A DNA stretch of 64,000 nucleotides, from the NCBI GenBank assembly GCA_051453625.1, contig JBOZIK010000001.1, positions 29,013,138 through 29,077,137 on the forward strand, given 5' to 3'. A program made the position numbers and the translations under genes. Position 1 is the first letter of the stretch. The number at the start of each line of letters is the position of its first letter. Positions 27,249 through 38,800 of this stretch are shown here, piece after piece. The notes under the pieces were generated by a model that was given only the letters and a program-made list of their open reading frames with translations, made no database searches and was not told the origin of the DNA. The DNA is from Welwitschia mirabilis. Taxonomy: Eukaryota.

Positions 27249-28042
27249 ATAAATTATAAATTACATGTGAATGTCATTATAATAAGTAATTAAATCTTGT
27301 TACCATAAAGGAAACACAAATCACAACATAATGTTGGATGAAGAAGTATAATGAAGTAGTTGAAAGAAAATATCATAGAGCATAGTATATACTTATTAAA
27401 GACAGTGTAAGACAAGTATGATGCTATAATACGTAATAATCATCAAAATCTCATAGGTCTATCTTTTGGCTGAGAGGCCATCCCAGTTAGTTATCTTTCT
27501 GGGATAGTGTTACACCTTTTTTAAATTTTTTTTTTTAAAACTTATAAAACATCAAACTTACTTAATTTGGAAATGGTAGAGTTAATAAATGTTGAAACAA
27601 CAATTCTAATAAATTTTAAAACGGCAACGTTAATTTCTTTTAAAACATTTAACCTCATAATTTTTAAAATGGTAAACCTAATTTTATGGGGCCATTTTCA
27701 CCATTTAAAAAGGGCCAAACAAATGCACACAATTAAGACGTGATCAAAACACAGAAAACATTCATAAATCTTGGCTAACTTACAGATATATATACATATA
27801 ATATATATCTCAGCTAGTAAATAACCCCCATGGTAGATTAACCTCATACCCAATGGCTATCATAATAACCCCTATGTTAGATTAGCCTCTTACATGTCAG
27901 TTATCTAAATAACCCTTATTTGGCCGAGAGGCCTCCCCACTGAATGTCTGGGATAGTGTTATCAGCTTACTTCTTATTTGAAAAACATTCATACATCTTG
28001 GCCAACTTATAGATATATATTTATATTATATATCTAAGCTAG
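27249..28042. repeat. Modular repeat block 2 (modules D, A, C, B, E, E, A, B)
   Basis: Same modules as 22149-23122 in permuted order. Confidence 0.9.
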
Positions 28043-28551
28043 TTTTAAATTTTCATATGATGTAAAATTCTTCTTTAACCACTACTATTTCACCATTACT
28101 TTAATATGTTATTAAAAATTCTATATTCCTATGTTTCTTTGAGATAGTTTACATTATATTAGAATCGTTAATAACATAATCCTTTAGCTCATTTAAAGTT
28201 GTTAAAATTGAATAATACTGTATCTTAATAGGCCAGTTAAAAGGAGTTGACACTAAAAGAATGTAAGATACGCGCAAAGTATATCATCTCAATGAATTGG
28301 ATGAAGGAAGAAACCTTTGCTGTTACGCTGATATTTATTATGAATAAATGCAACTGGGTATGATGCGGAAATTAGGTTATTTAGTCAATCCATCCGTGAC
28401 TTTAGAATAAATAAAAATAAATCAAAAAAAAATCCTTTAGAGTAACATGACCAATTTCATTGGATGTCCAAGAGAGTATAATCATTCTATCCTACTATTC
28501 CAGGAAATAATAAAACAGATTTTTAATCACACCAAAGAAGAGCTGCTTTGT

Positions 28552-29741
28552 TTAAATGAAATGTTTTAAATCCTCTTCACTTGGTGGAGGAGGTAAATTC
28601 AAATCGGGAATCGTAGGCCTCTGTTGTGCTCTTGATATTCCTGGTAGTTCAGCGTCTGATGCGGAATTCCCTGTATTTTGTGCCCTCTGCGTTACTGCTG
28701 CTTCCATGTCCGCTGCATAACTTCTTTGCCAAAAGTCTATAGTCCTTTGATTGTAACCGCTGGTAAAAGATCTCTGCATTTCTAAATTCGCAGGCACATG
28801 AGGAGGCAGAGACACTGCAACTGAACCAGCATCCTGGAACTTCCAAGCTGAACTAAATTGCAAATACTCCGTAATCCTTTGATTGTAATCCAGAATTGAA
28901 GATACCTGGAAAGGCGTAAGCACATCATCAGGCCGAGGCACTGCAAGTGAAAGATCATTCTCGGATGTGGAAGCCGAACTTAATTGGAAATAGTCTGTAA
29001 TAGTTTGATTGTAACCGGTAGTAAAAAATATCTGCATTCTTAAAGGCGCAGGCGCATCAAGAGGCTGAGACAATCCAAGTGAAATAGCATCGTGGGACGT
29101 CGAAGCGTCATAATTTCCACCTGTAAAACGAATTGTAAAACGCTAAATACAGTTGTAATATCTGAATCCATGGGAAGAAAACCAGTGCTACCTTTTTACT
29201 GTTTTACATAGCTATTAATATTTTTCCAGGGTTAAATCTCTGCTTACAACTGCCTAACCTCAAACTGTATTCAAAACTCAAAACTAGAAAATCTCTTTGA
29301 TTCACTGACGCCGTATTTTCCAAACATAACGTTAATCATAGAGTACTTCAACGGTATAACAATCTGAATATAATAACGTAAATGGAAGATGAATATCTTA
29401 CCCGTGGGACTACCAAACAGTCCGAAGCTAAATATATCTTGAATATTATGCAACTTTACTATTTAAAGTAAAAAAATTTACAGGCTGCAACTAAATTTAA
29501 GTTGTACTGTGAAAGACAAGTTTTACAAAGATGCCTAGTAATCTACAATCTTCTTACTTTCAGCAGATGAGGCCAGGTTTCTTCTATGGATGCTCATATG
29601 GCCACGTAAGGCAGCATAAGACGGAAGCATTTTTTCACAAACTTCACATTTCGAAGGAACCGTATGGATGCTCATGTGCCCACCTAAGGCTTTGCCAGAC
29701 GAAAACACTCGGCTGCAATGTGGACATACAGAAGGAGCCAT
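28552..29741 (-). CDS. C2H2 zinc-finger protein with internal repeats and EAR motif (ZAT/Q-type-like repressor); join(complement 29558..29741, 28552..29120), about 250 aa
   Basis: Exon 1 encodes CPHCSRVFSSGKALGGHMSIH and CEVCEKMLPSYAALRGHMSIH (variants of the plant QALGGH motif). A GTAAGA donor at 29557 and a TTTTACAG acceptor ending at 29121 join in phase 1 (A|GT = Ser). The spliced CDS is 184+569=753 nt with no internal stop and ends ...IPDLNLPPPPSEEDLKHFI*. CpG is retained throughout. Confidence 0.9.
29121..29557 (-). other. GT-AG intron (437 nt, phase 1) of the zinc-finger gene
   Basis: Minus strand reads GAA A|GTAAGAAG ... CGTTTTACAG|GTGGAAAT; splicing puts ORF 29535..29741 in frame with ORF 28552..29073. 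Confidence 0.85.
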
Positions 29742-29794
29742 ACCAGTCTTCTGACTTCCTCACTGTTTATTTCCCTGATGCGAACCAAAACAGG

Positions 29795-29915
29795 ACAAAG
29801 ATTGAATCTGGATATTGCAGTAGCAAAACAAGATTATATTTCCAACACTTACAAAAATAAGAAACAGATTCAAGTTGGATATTGCAATAGCAAACAAGAT
29901 TATCTTTCCACTACT
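29795..29915. repeat. Tandem duplication (about 65-70 bp) in the 5' leader of the zinc-finger gene
   Basis: ggatattgcagtagcaaaacaagattatatttccaac versus ggatattgcaatagcaaacaagattatctttccact. Confidence 0.8.
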
Positions 29916-30031
29916 TTGGAAATCTTGATATGTTGAACGTTAAGGGAAAGGGCCTTCACTATAAATCCAAAAAACCGTCCGTTGCAGCAGCGCAGTATCT
30001 CCTAAATAGTAGTCTGGACTCTGTAACCTCT

Positions 30032-30039
30032 TATTTATA
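30032..30039 (-). promoter_or_regulatory. Candidate TATA box (TATAAATA) of the zinc-finger gene
   Basis: Consensus TATAAATA on the coding strand about 290 nt upstream of the ATG, at the edge of the CpG-retaining island. Confidence 0.5.
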
Positions 30040-30427
30040 CAGTGGAAACGGGAAGAGACTTTCACTTAGGTTTTAATCCTTAGTAAAAAGGAGTGGAATG
30101 TGAAATATAACATGAATGCTTTTGTTGACAGACTTTTTCCAAGAAGTGAACTTATAACCACAAAGTGACCTTTGTAGACTACTCTTATATTTTACACTTT
30201 GTTATTATTTTGATTTAAAATTTGTTAAAATTCACTAGATCCAAAATTCCAGTAAAAACCTTATCTTCATTAAAATATCTTAATTTCTAACACATGATGT
30301 AAAAACCTTGTCTTTGTTAGTTACTTTCACTTGTGACCTTTCAAATAACACTAAAAGTAACTAATATGTAATTGTCTATGCATTGTAAGTTTCATTCATT
30401 TATGTGTAACTGAAATTACATATACAA

Positions 30428-31760
30428 TGTAATGCTTATTTAATAGAAAATTTTGACATACGGTTTTTAAAGTGTTGTTTTTTGATTTCTTGGGTTTATT
30501 TAGGCAATGCTTGTTTACAGAGCAAGTTTATAGCTTTCTACATAGGTTTTAAGAGATTTATCTTTCATTGTAGGTTTTTGCATTTTTATGTATACATTAA
30601 TGAGGGTGGACGTTTGGGATTATGGAAACTATAGTTCTGGAGAAGGAGGAACATGAAAATGATACCAGATCTTTGGCATATGAAGATTGAAGCACTAGAG
30701 ATGACAATACATTATGTTTTATGAAATGTTTATTAAATACTTAAATTTGAGAGGCTTGCGAAGTTAAAACAAAAAAGGAGTAGCATAAGTTGGAAACTAG
30801 TGAGATGTCATGATTGACAACACAATGATGGGATAACATTTGGTATGAGAGATTGATCGATTGGGATGAGTGATTATTTGTAAACTAGCAAACTAATTTG
30901 TAATAACTGTATACCCTTGGTATTTATTTGAAAAGAAACAAAATTTATGTTTAAAGGGATAAAATGTTAGATGACTGCACTTCAAAGTCCATAGACTTAT
31001 AGATTGATGCTAATCACATAGAGAAGAATGATAAACGAATAATGATTTGTCTATATACATTTTATTGAATAACGTAGGATGAGAATTTTTTCTCATGATT
31101 TTTTGATTAATAACAAAAGTTTCATAGTTGAAAAGGCATACAAAATAAAACTTTAAACATAAGGTACCTAACACTAAGGTGTGGGAAAAGTTAACGAAAT
31201 GATAAACACAAGTGTCATATCCACTATGGCATACGTTAAAGAATGTTAAAGGAAAATAAAATTAGAGAAAAAAATGAATTGGTCAAAACTCCTAAACATG
31301 ACGCAACGATGGAATTAGCCAAGGAAGTCAAGGATTGAAAGAAAACTTATTCAAATTTAGTAAGATTAGATAAAATAAGTTTAAATTCTTAGAAGCAAAG
31401 AACTTCATTAGCATGAGAAGGAGGAGTTAGAAAGTTTATAGAGAAGTAAGAATACTTTTAATGGATGATAAATATTCAACTCTATGTAAAGAATTAGTTT
31501 CATATACAACATCTAAAGGAAATAAAATTTTGGCTTTCCTTTAAAAGATTATAATGGAGGAATATCTAGCATAGTAAGATCTTGTATTGAAAAACACAGT
31601 TAAGTGAAATTCTCTCATAGATAAAAATGAAAGTAATTAAGATAAGAAGAATCAAGTTTTATTTTTAGGTTTCTGTTATAGTTAAACCTAAACTTATCAT
31701 TAGATAATGAGGTTGGGGGGTGATGTCTTGGTATGATATTAGTAATAACTAAAAACCTTC
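30428..31760 (+). mobile_element. LTR-retrotransposon-derived fragments (Athila-like)
   Basis: TGTAATG-starting LTR-like sequence at 30428 and a PPT/LTR-like junction GAGGTTGGGGGG|TGATGTC at about 31709-31727; no coding relic identified. Confidence 0.4.
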
Positions 31761-32199
31761 TACGGTATTATAAGAATAAGAGGTTTGTGGCTTTAGATCT
31801 TCTATTTTTGTTGCAATGCTAAAGAAAAGAAAGAATTGTTTTCATGGATTTATTATTCCTATTATATTTAAAAAATAGTTTGTGCTTGTATTAATGTAAT
31901 TTTTTTAATAGTTTGAAAAATGACTCCTCATTTTCTATGACGATGGATATGTTACCAAGCCACATAAATACAGGTACTTTTTATTTTGATACTTTTTTCC
32001 ACTTACTATTCCATAATTCTTCACATTTTACATTAGGTACCCTTATATATTTTATTTTTCATTTGAGAAGCATCTTTTTTATTTTATTTCAATTATTGCA
32101 AGAGGATGTAGCTGTGAAAGATATAGTAAGAATAACCAGTAAGGTTTTAAATGTGATTTACAAGATGAAGAAGTTTAACTAAAACAAAAAAAAAAAAGA

Positions 32200-35100
32200 G
32201 AACTATGACCAAGAAAAATTCACAGAACTACTGATTTAATGAGGGCTATCCAAGGTCCTTTTAAGGAATGCAAACATGTCTTAGATCATTTCTAATGAAG
32301 AATTAAAGGATGTGAGTTTCACGTTTTAAAGAAACATAGGCTTAAGTTTTGAAACTTGAGTCTAAAAAGATGTTTATTATAGCATTTTGGACAAAGTTAA
32401 AGAGATTTTGGGTAAATCAAAAGCCTAAGAACTAAGTTATACCTAAAGCCAAAGCTCTCTAACTTCAAGATGAAGGAAAGAATATCCATTGATAAGTTGA
32501 TCTATCAATTGTTTAGCATTAAGATGAAGATAAAAGAGAAAGAATAAGATATTATTATTTTTAAATATTTTATTTTATCCTACAAACATCTATTCATGAC
32601 GTTTCCTTGTGAAAATGATACTGTAGAGATTAACATAATGATCCTAATACTTCTATTGGGATAGATGATGAAAACCATTATAATAATATCTCATAGAAAT
32701 ATTTGATAATTATAGGATCCTTGATTTAAAAAAAAAAATCTAATTATAAATCATCTAGATCTATTTCAAGATGTATAAAAAAAGTAATACAAAGTATAAG
32801 AAACGTTCTTCTATAATTAAAAGTGGTATTTAAGAAGGAATGTTAAAATCTTTAAAAAAAAAGAAAAGGATAGATAACATGATAAAAATATTATTTTAAT
32901 AGGAACTATGTGTACAAAATATAATACAAGATGAATTCTTTTGGTCATGAAGAAAGAAGGAAAGACATCTAAATTTGGTACACAATTGTGTTTGAAACTA
33001 CTCTCCTTAATTATTCTTAAGAAGTGCATAATATTTTATCATCTTTATTAATAAAACAAATAGAACAAGATATGAATTTTATTATTAAGAGAAAAGTTCA
33101 ATTTCTTCAAGAATTTAAATAATTAAAATCACAACTATCAAGAAGTACTTAAAAGAAAAAAATAAAGTTCCTTAAGATAGACTATGAAGAGGTTTACATC
33201 TCAAAAGAGTTTAAATCATGCTATAAATCTAAGGGAATCATGAGGCATTTTATGATCCGTAATAATCCACGATAAAATGGAATATATATTTGAAAAAAAT
33301 CATAATTTATGTGTAATACTAAGGAAAAAGCACTACAAGATGAAAAAGTACAAAGAATACAAAGAGAAATAAGAAAATATATAAATGGTAAAACCCTTAA
33401 AAATAGAGGAAAATATCTATGAGACAAGAAATAAGTTTATTATTTATTATGAAAATAAGATTGTTAAACCTTTTAAATACAATTAATGTATTTATCTAAG
33501 ATAATCTTAAAATCATAAATATCATCCTTCATTTAGCTAAAATAATCCTCAGCATGATTAAAGAATTCTTATTTAAATTGTAAATTGAACTACATAGTAG
33601 TAAAGATCAAAAAAAAAATTACAAAAATAAATGAAGGTCTTTTCTAATGTATAAAGAAACAAAATATAAAAGTTTAATTATTGAATAAATTTTTCTATGA
33701 AACTTCTTAAAACTACTAAAATTAAATAAAAATTTAAATTGGAGTATAATTAAAGTAGTGAATCCATTTCTTTAATTATATCATAAGAAAGGAAAAAGTT
33801 AGATGTTATAGTTAAATACTAAATGAAAGCACGCAATGAGTATTTTATTTATAAAAAATACTTCTATCCAATTTCATAGGAACTAAAAAGATGGAAATCT
33901 TATCCTATGTACAAATAATTTACTTTTATAAATACCATTAGTATTTATAGCTCATCAAAAAGAAATTCAAGATTTCTATGAATAAATAGGTGGGGAAGAA
34001 CTAGAAGAATTTTACTTTGTATTGAAAAAATCACAAGGTAAACTAAATTATAATGATTACTAAGTATAGTAGACTTTTTTATTTTTTTTCTTTTTTGTTT
34101 TCTTTCCTTTTTTTTTTTGGAGGAAGGCTATTCAAGAAAATAATTTCATATATAAACTTCTAATCAATAAAAAACATAAAAGTTTATGGATTCTAAGAGA
34201 ACTTCTCAATGAAAAAGTAATTAAAAAAAGGAATGCTAGAAAACTAGTTAGAACTTTATCTAGAGAAAACTATTATATTAATTAAGAGAAGGAAAATAAA
34301 TATATTAATAAGCTATACAATTTATTTTGAAAATGGAACTATAATAAATTATTATTTATACAAACTACTATATATACTAAAAGGACTATTCTAAAATATA
34401 GATGTTTAATTCTTTATAGGTCTACCTAATTTTAAATTAGAAAATAAATATGTCATGAAAAGAGTAGACGCTAGTTATGAGGAAGTACAAAGACCATCAT
34501 TTTAGATGGATATTTTAGTTTTATGAGTTTATTTTAACATGAATTATTACAATGTATGGACATAAGGCTAGATTTTAGCATAGATAGTTATAAAACAACT
34601 AATGGATAATAAAAGTCTATAAATAGAAGTTTTCTGAATATAGTTTATAAATTTGAAATAGTATAACTCAGTTAAAAGAGTGTTAAATTGAAGACCTAGA
34701 AGTTATATATCTAATCCATGCACTCTAGATGATTACTATATTATCCTATCAAATATTAAAGAGAAGACAATATAAGAGAATACAATTTAAAAAAGAGAGA
34801 GGATTTGAATACTTACGTGGATCTAGAAATAATTCTATGATTAAAATAAGGCTTTCATAGCAAATATCATTAACATCTAATGTAGTTATTTTGAGTTTAA
34901 ATTAAATGTCAAAATATAAAACATTTCATTCTTTAAAATTCTATCATTGGTAATCCAAGATTTCATCAAACATATAGATCTACTTAAAGATTTAAATGAG
35001 TATTTAATCCTAAGATGCAAAATATTAAATAGTATAGAAATTTTTCAAATTTTTTATTCCTAATGAAATACAATATAATGATTTATTATATGAAATAAAT

Positions 35101-35885
35101 GAGTATAGATGTTATTTCCTTTATAACATTAAATCATAAGAGCCAAATATACAAGATTCACATTTTTATTTATCTTAACATTGGAGAGTAATCTAGATAA
35201 AATTGTAAAACCCAAAACTAGATCTATAGTATCCTAAAAGTATTTTGAAAATGTTCTTTACATTTAGTCATTTTTCATAAATGGATTATAATTCATCTTT
35301 GTTTAGATCTTATCAAATATTCTAGGTTTAGATATTAATAAAAAAGTTCTTTATTTTTATGAGATAGATCATGTTTAAATTTCTTCTATACATTTTTAAA
35401 ATATGGCGTATTAATTCTATTAAAACATTTATACTTATTGCCAATGTAGAAAATTTCAACTTTTTTATAAAGAATATACAAATTAATATAGTTATTTCAA
35501 TAACAAAAGCTATTCTAAAAGAGAAATAAATTTTGAAATTAAATATTTCAAAGAAAAATAGTCCTGAGCAAGTCATGAATGTAAGACATAATGATATATC
35601 TTCTAAACAAATAATTTCCTGTTATTCAAGTATTTCAACATATAATCAAATATCATTTTTACCTAGAACAATTTCAAACATATTTGAATCTTTATAGAAT
35701 GATTTTCAAAAAAAGCATACTTAAAATTATTAAACCACATGTAGAGGAATATTTGTAAGAATAGTGTGAAGATAGAATAGTTTTAAATAAATACTAAATT
35801 TAAAATAATAAAATACAAAAAAAGTACTTTGACTTAGTTTCTTTAAAGATAGTAGATTCTAATATGATCCTTCCATTAACTTATC
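32200..35885 (+). mobile_element. Highly decayed Ty1/copia element
   Basis: Integrase core KIKFLKIDYEEVYISKEFKSCYKSKGIMRHFMIRNNPR*NG at about 33160-33285 (compare KIKxLRTDNGGEY...PQQNG); purine tract GTAGAGGAATATT followed by TGTAAG LTR start at 35755. Confidence 0.65.
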
Positions 35886-35894
35886 TATGTTAAG

Positions 35895-38800
35895 CTATTG
35901 CGAGCCTGCGATGAAGGATAAGCTATATGTAATCCCTGATTGCCGCCTTCCACTCCCTGGGCTATAGGGTTTTCCAAGATTATGGACTCAAAGGAAAATG
36001 CAAGCCCAACAAAAGTTCAGCACTCATGGGTCGAGATACTTGCAAACAACCGAAACGCTAAAGCAGGCTTCAAGTTAGATTTCCTCACGCGGTAATTTTC
36101 ATCAAATGAAGTGGTCATTGAAGAAGAAGAATGGAATGCTGATGCGACCCATTGGGAAAATACCCTAATAGGCTTCGTATATGAATTAAAACTACCACTT
36201 CTAAGAGTCCAAAACTACATCAGAAGCAGATGGGGAGGAGAAGAAATAGTCTCGGTGTCCTTTATTCAAAAAGGTATTTTTCTGTTTAAGTTCCAATCAA
36301 AAGACAATATGCTTAGTATTTTAGAAAAGGGGCCATGACCTTTTGACACCAGATCATTGATTCTTAAGTCATGATCCCCTAATTCACTGATAGAAATAGA
36401 GAGGGTTACGCATTTTCCGATCTGGCTAAAGTTACCAAACCTTAACCTACATCTATGGTTAGCAAGGGTTTTATCAGGAATCACTAGCGTCGTCGGATGA
36501 CAGATCTGCTCAGACACTATTACGGCAATACATCAGAGACTAAGCTATACTAGAATCTGCGTAGAAATCTCTCCAAAATATGACCTCCCATCATTCATCA
36601 TGATAAAAGGCCTAGGAGGGGTGACCTTGAATCATAGGTTGAAATACGAGTGGATGCCCTCTAAATGCACTATATACATTTGCTTTGCGCACTAGATGGA
36701 TAAATGTCCAAAGAATAAAAAATTCAAGAAAATATGGCAGCCTCTAAATGCAGGCCCTAGCTCCTCCACTGCTAGGATTTTTTTGGAGGAAGCTGAAAAG
36801 GTGCAAACAGTGCAAAACCTCTGTGTTATGGAGGATCCCAATGCTTCCACAAGCTTGTCTAAGTTCTGCCTCCTCTCGAATCAGCTTAACTAGTCTCCTT
36901 TGACGCGAAGAGTGATCCCTCTATTAATAGTGTCTACTCCGCTTTTATAAGCGACTGTTTCTTAGACCAATTTAGTAGCATCCCCTCTATCACTTAGTTG
37001 GAAACAACAGTAAAATCAGATGCATTAGGAATTGGCAGGAAATTTATAGGCATTTCCACAACTTTGGCTCTTCCCTCAAAAGGCTTTTAGCTTAATCCTA
37101 CAGAACACTTTCTAGATTTAGACTATTTGCCAAGTCTATTAGTTCCATATCCAAGATGATTGTAAAGAAATACAAAGGAGGAGCAAGAAGCCTTAAATTC
37201 TCTTAGACACGTAATCGGTCAAGGTAATGCTGCTCTCAGCCAGGATAGCCTTGAAGTTCAGTTAGCTAAAGTCCCTTCTTTATCTTTTGCTAGTATCGGT
37301 AGCATTAGCATAGATATTACTCCATCTGATACTCCAAAACAGAAAATAATAGAAAGTTTGCCAAAGCCCTCGGTGTCAGCTAATCACAAGTCAAAAAGGG
37401 GAAAAGAAAAAGGGGTAAACAAAAATGCAAAACCGGGTTAATAAAAATAGTGGCCTCGAATATCAGAGGACTGAATGGCACGGAAAAACAACAACATGTT
37501 CATCATTTTATTAATTCTTAAAGCATTAGTATAATAGCTATTTTAGAAACAAAAGTACAAACTAGTAAATCTGATCTTATCATTAAAAACTGCATGCCAA
37601 ATAGACTATGGTCATATATGTACAACTCCTCAAATATCACTATTAGAAGGATCATACTCCTGTGAAACTCGAACAAAATTCAGGTTTTTGTGATTAACAA
37701 TATGCCCCAAGCTATCAATTGTGTTCTTTTGTGCAATCATTTAAGATTTTGCTACTCATTTATTTATGCATTTAATAAACAGAATGAGAGATGATCACTC
37801 TGGAAAGATATTTTATATCTGAACCAGAAAATAAATGAACCTTAGGCTTTGTTAGGATATTTTAACTGCATAGCTCATCGGGAGGAGGAAAAAAATGGCT
37901 CGCCAGCCTCGATGAAAGACATAGAGGAACTCTAAAAGTTATTTTTTTTGTCTCATCTTTCTGATATAAAGCATTATGGTTATCATTTTACTTGGTCAAT
38001 TAAGTAGAACTTGATTTCAAGGATCCACTGTAAACTGGACAGAGTGCTTATTAACCCTTTTTAGATAGATTTTTTCCCTAAATACTATGTTGATTTTCTG
38101 CTACCAAGCTATTAGATCACTCCCCAAGCATTCTAAACATTTGTTCTGCTCCTAGAATAAAGCCTCCATTCAGATTTTGCAATGCTTAGTGTGCAGATAA
38201 AGAGTTCCTTCCTTTTGTCTCATCCTCTTGGAAAGCCTCCCCTCCTTGTTATTCATTGTCAGCTCTTCATAGAAAGCTATTTATCTTGAAAGGAGCTCTC
38301 AAAAAGAAATTTGCTATTAAAACAAGTCTCCTTGACAAGCATATTCAAGAGGGTTTCTTAGATCTCCAGAGTATTCAGAAGAAGTTGGAAGAATCTCCCA
38401 ATTTTGATAATCTTTCTTTGCTGGAGAATGTTACCTCCCAAAAATACAAATCACTTCTGCATCAAGAGTATTAATTATATAAGCAGTGTGTAAAATTAAG
38501 ATCAGCCACTAAAGAAGATGTTAACTCCTCATTTTTTCATGCATGTATCAAGCAAAGGAAGAGTAAAGGTTTCATTAATGTAATTTTTGATGCAAATGAC
38601 AACATATTGACTAATTAATTCGACATCAAGGAAAATCTCATCTCTTTTTTCAAGTCCCTTTTTTGTAAAGAGGCATGAGTGTTGAAGTTAGACATGAATA
38701 TTATAAAAGAGGGTACCTTAATTTCTAAACAGTAATGCTTTAATCTTGTGAACCAGTTTCAAACAATGAAATCAAAAATTCTTTTTTCTCCATAGGCAAT

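Noticed and set aside
27466-27510. Module A as a 5S rRNA/Cassandra-like segment or hammerhead ribozyme
   Set aside because: Only the ends resemble 5S (TTGG.CGAGAG...CTGGGA) and the middle does not match; the hammerhead core CUGANGA/GAAA is incomplete
29531-29936. Plus-strand ORFs 29531..29860 and 29718..29936, and the alternative-frame ORF 28649..28846
   Set aside because: Shadow frames of the zinc-finger gene; their internal repeats merely mirror the duplicated fingers and leader
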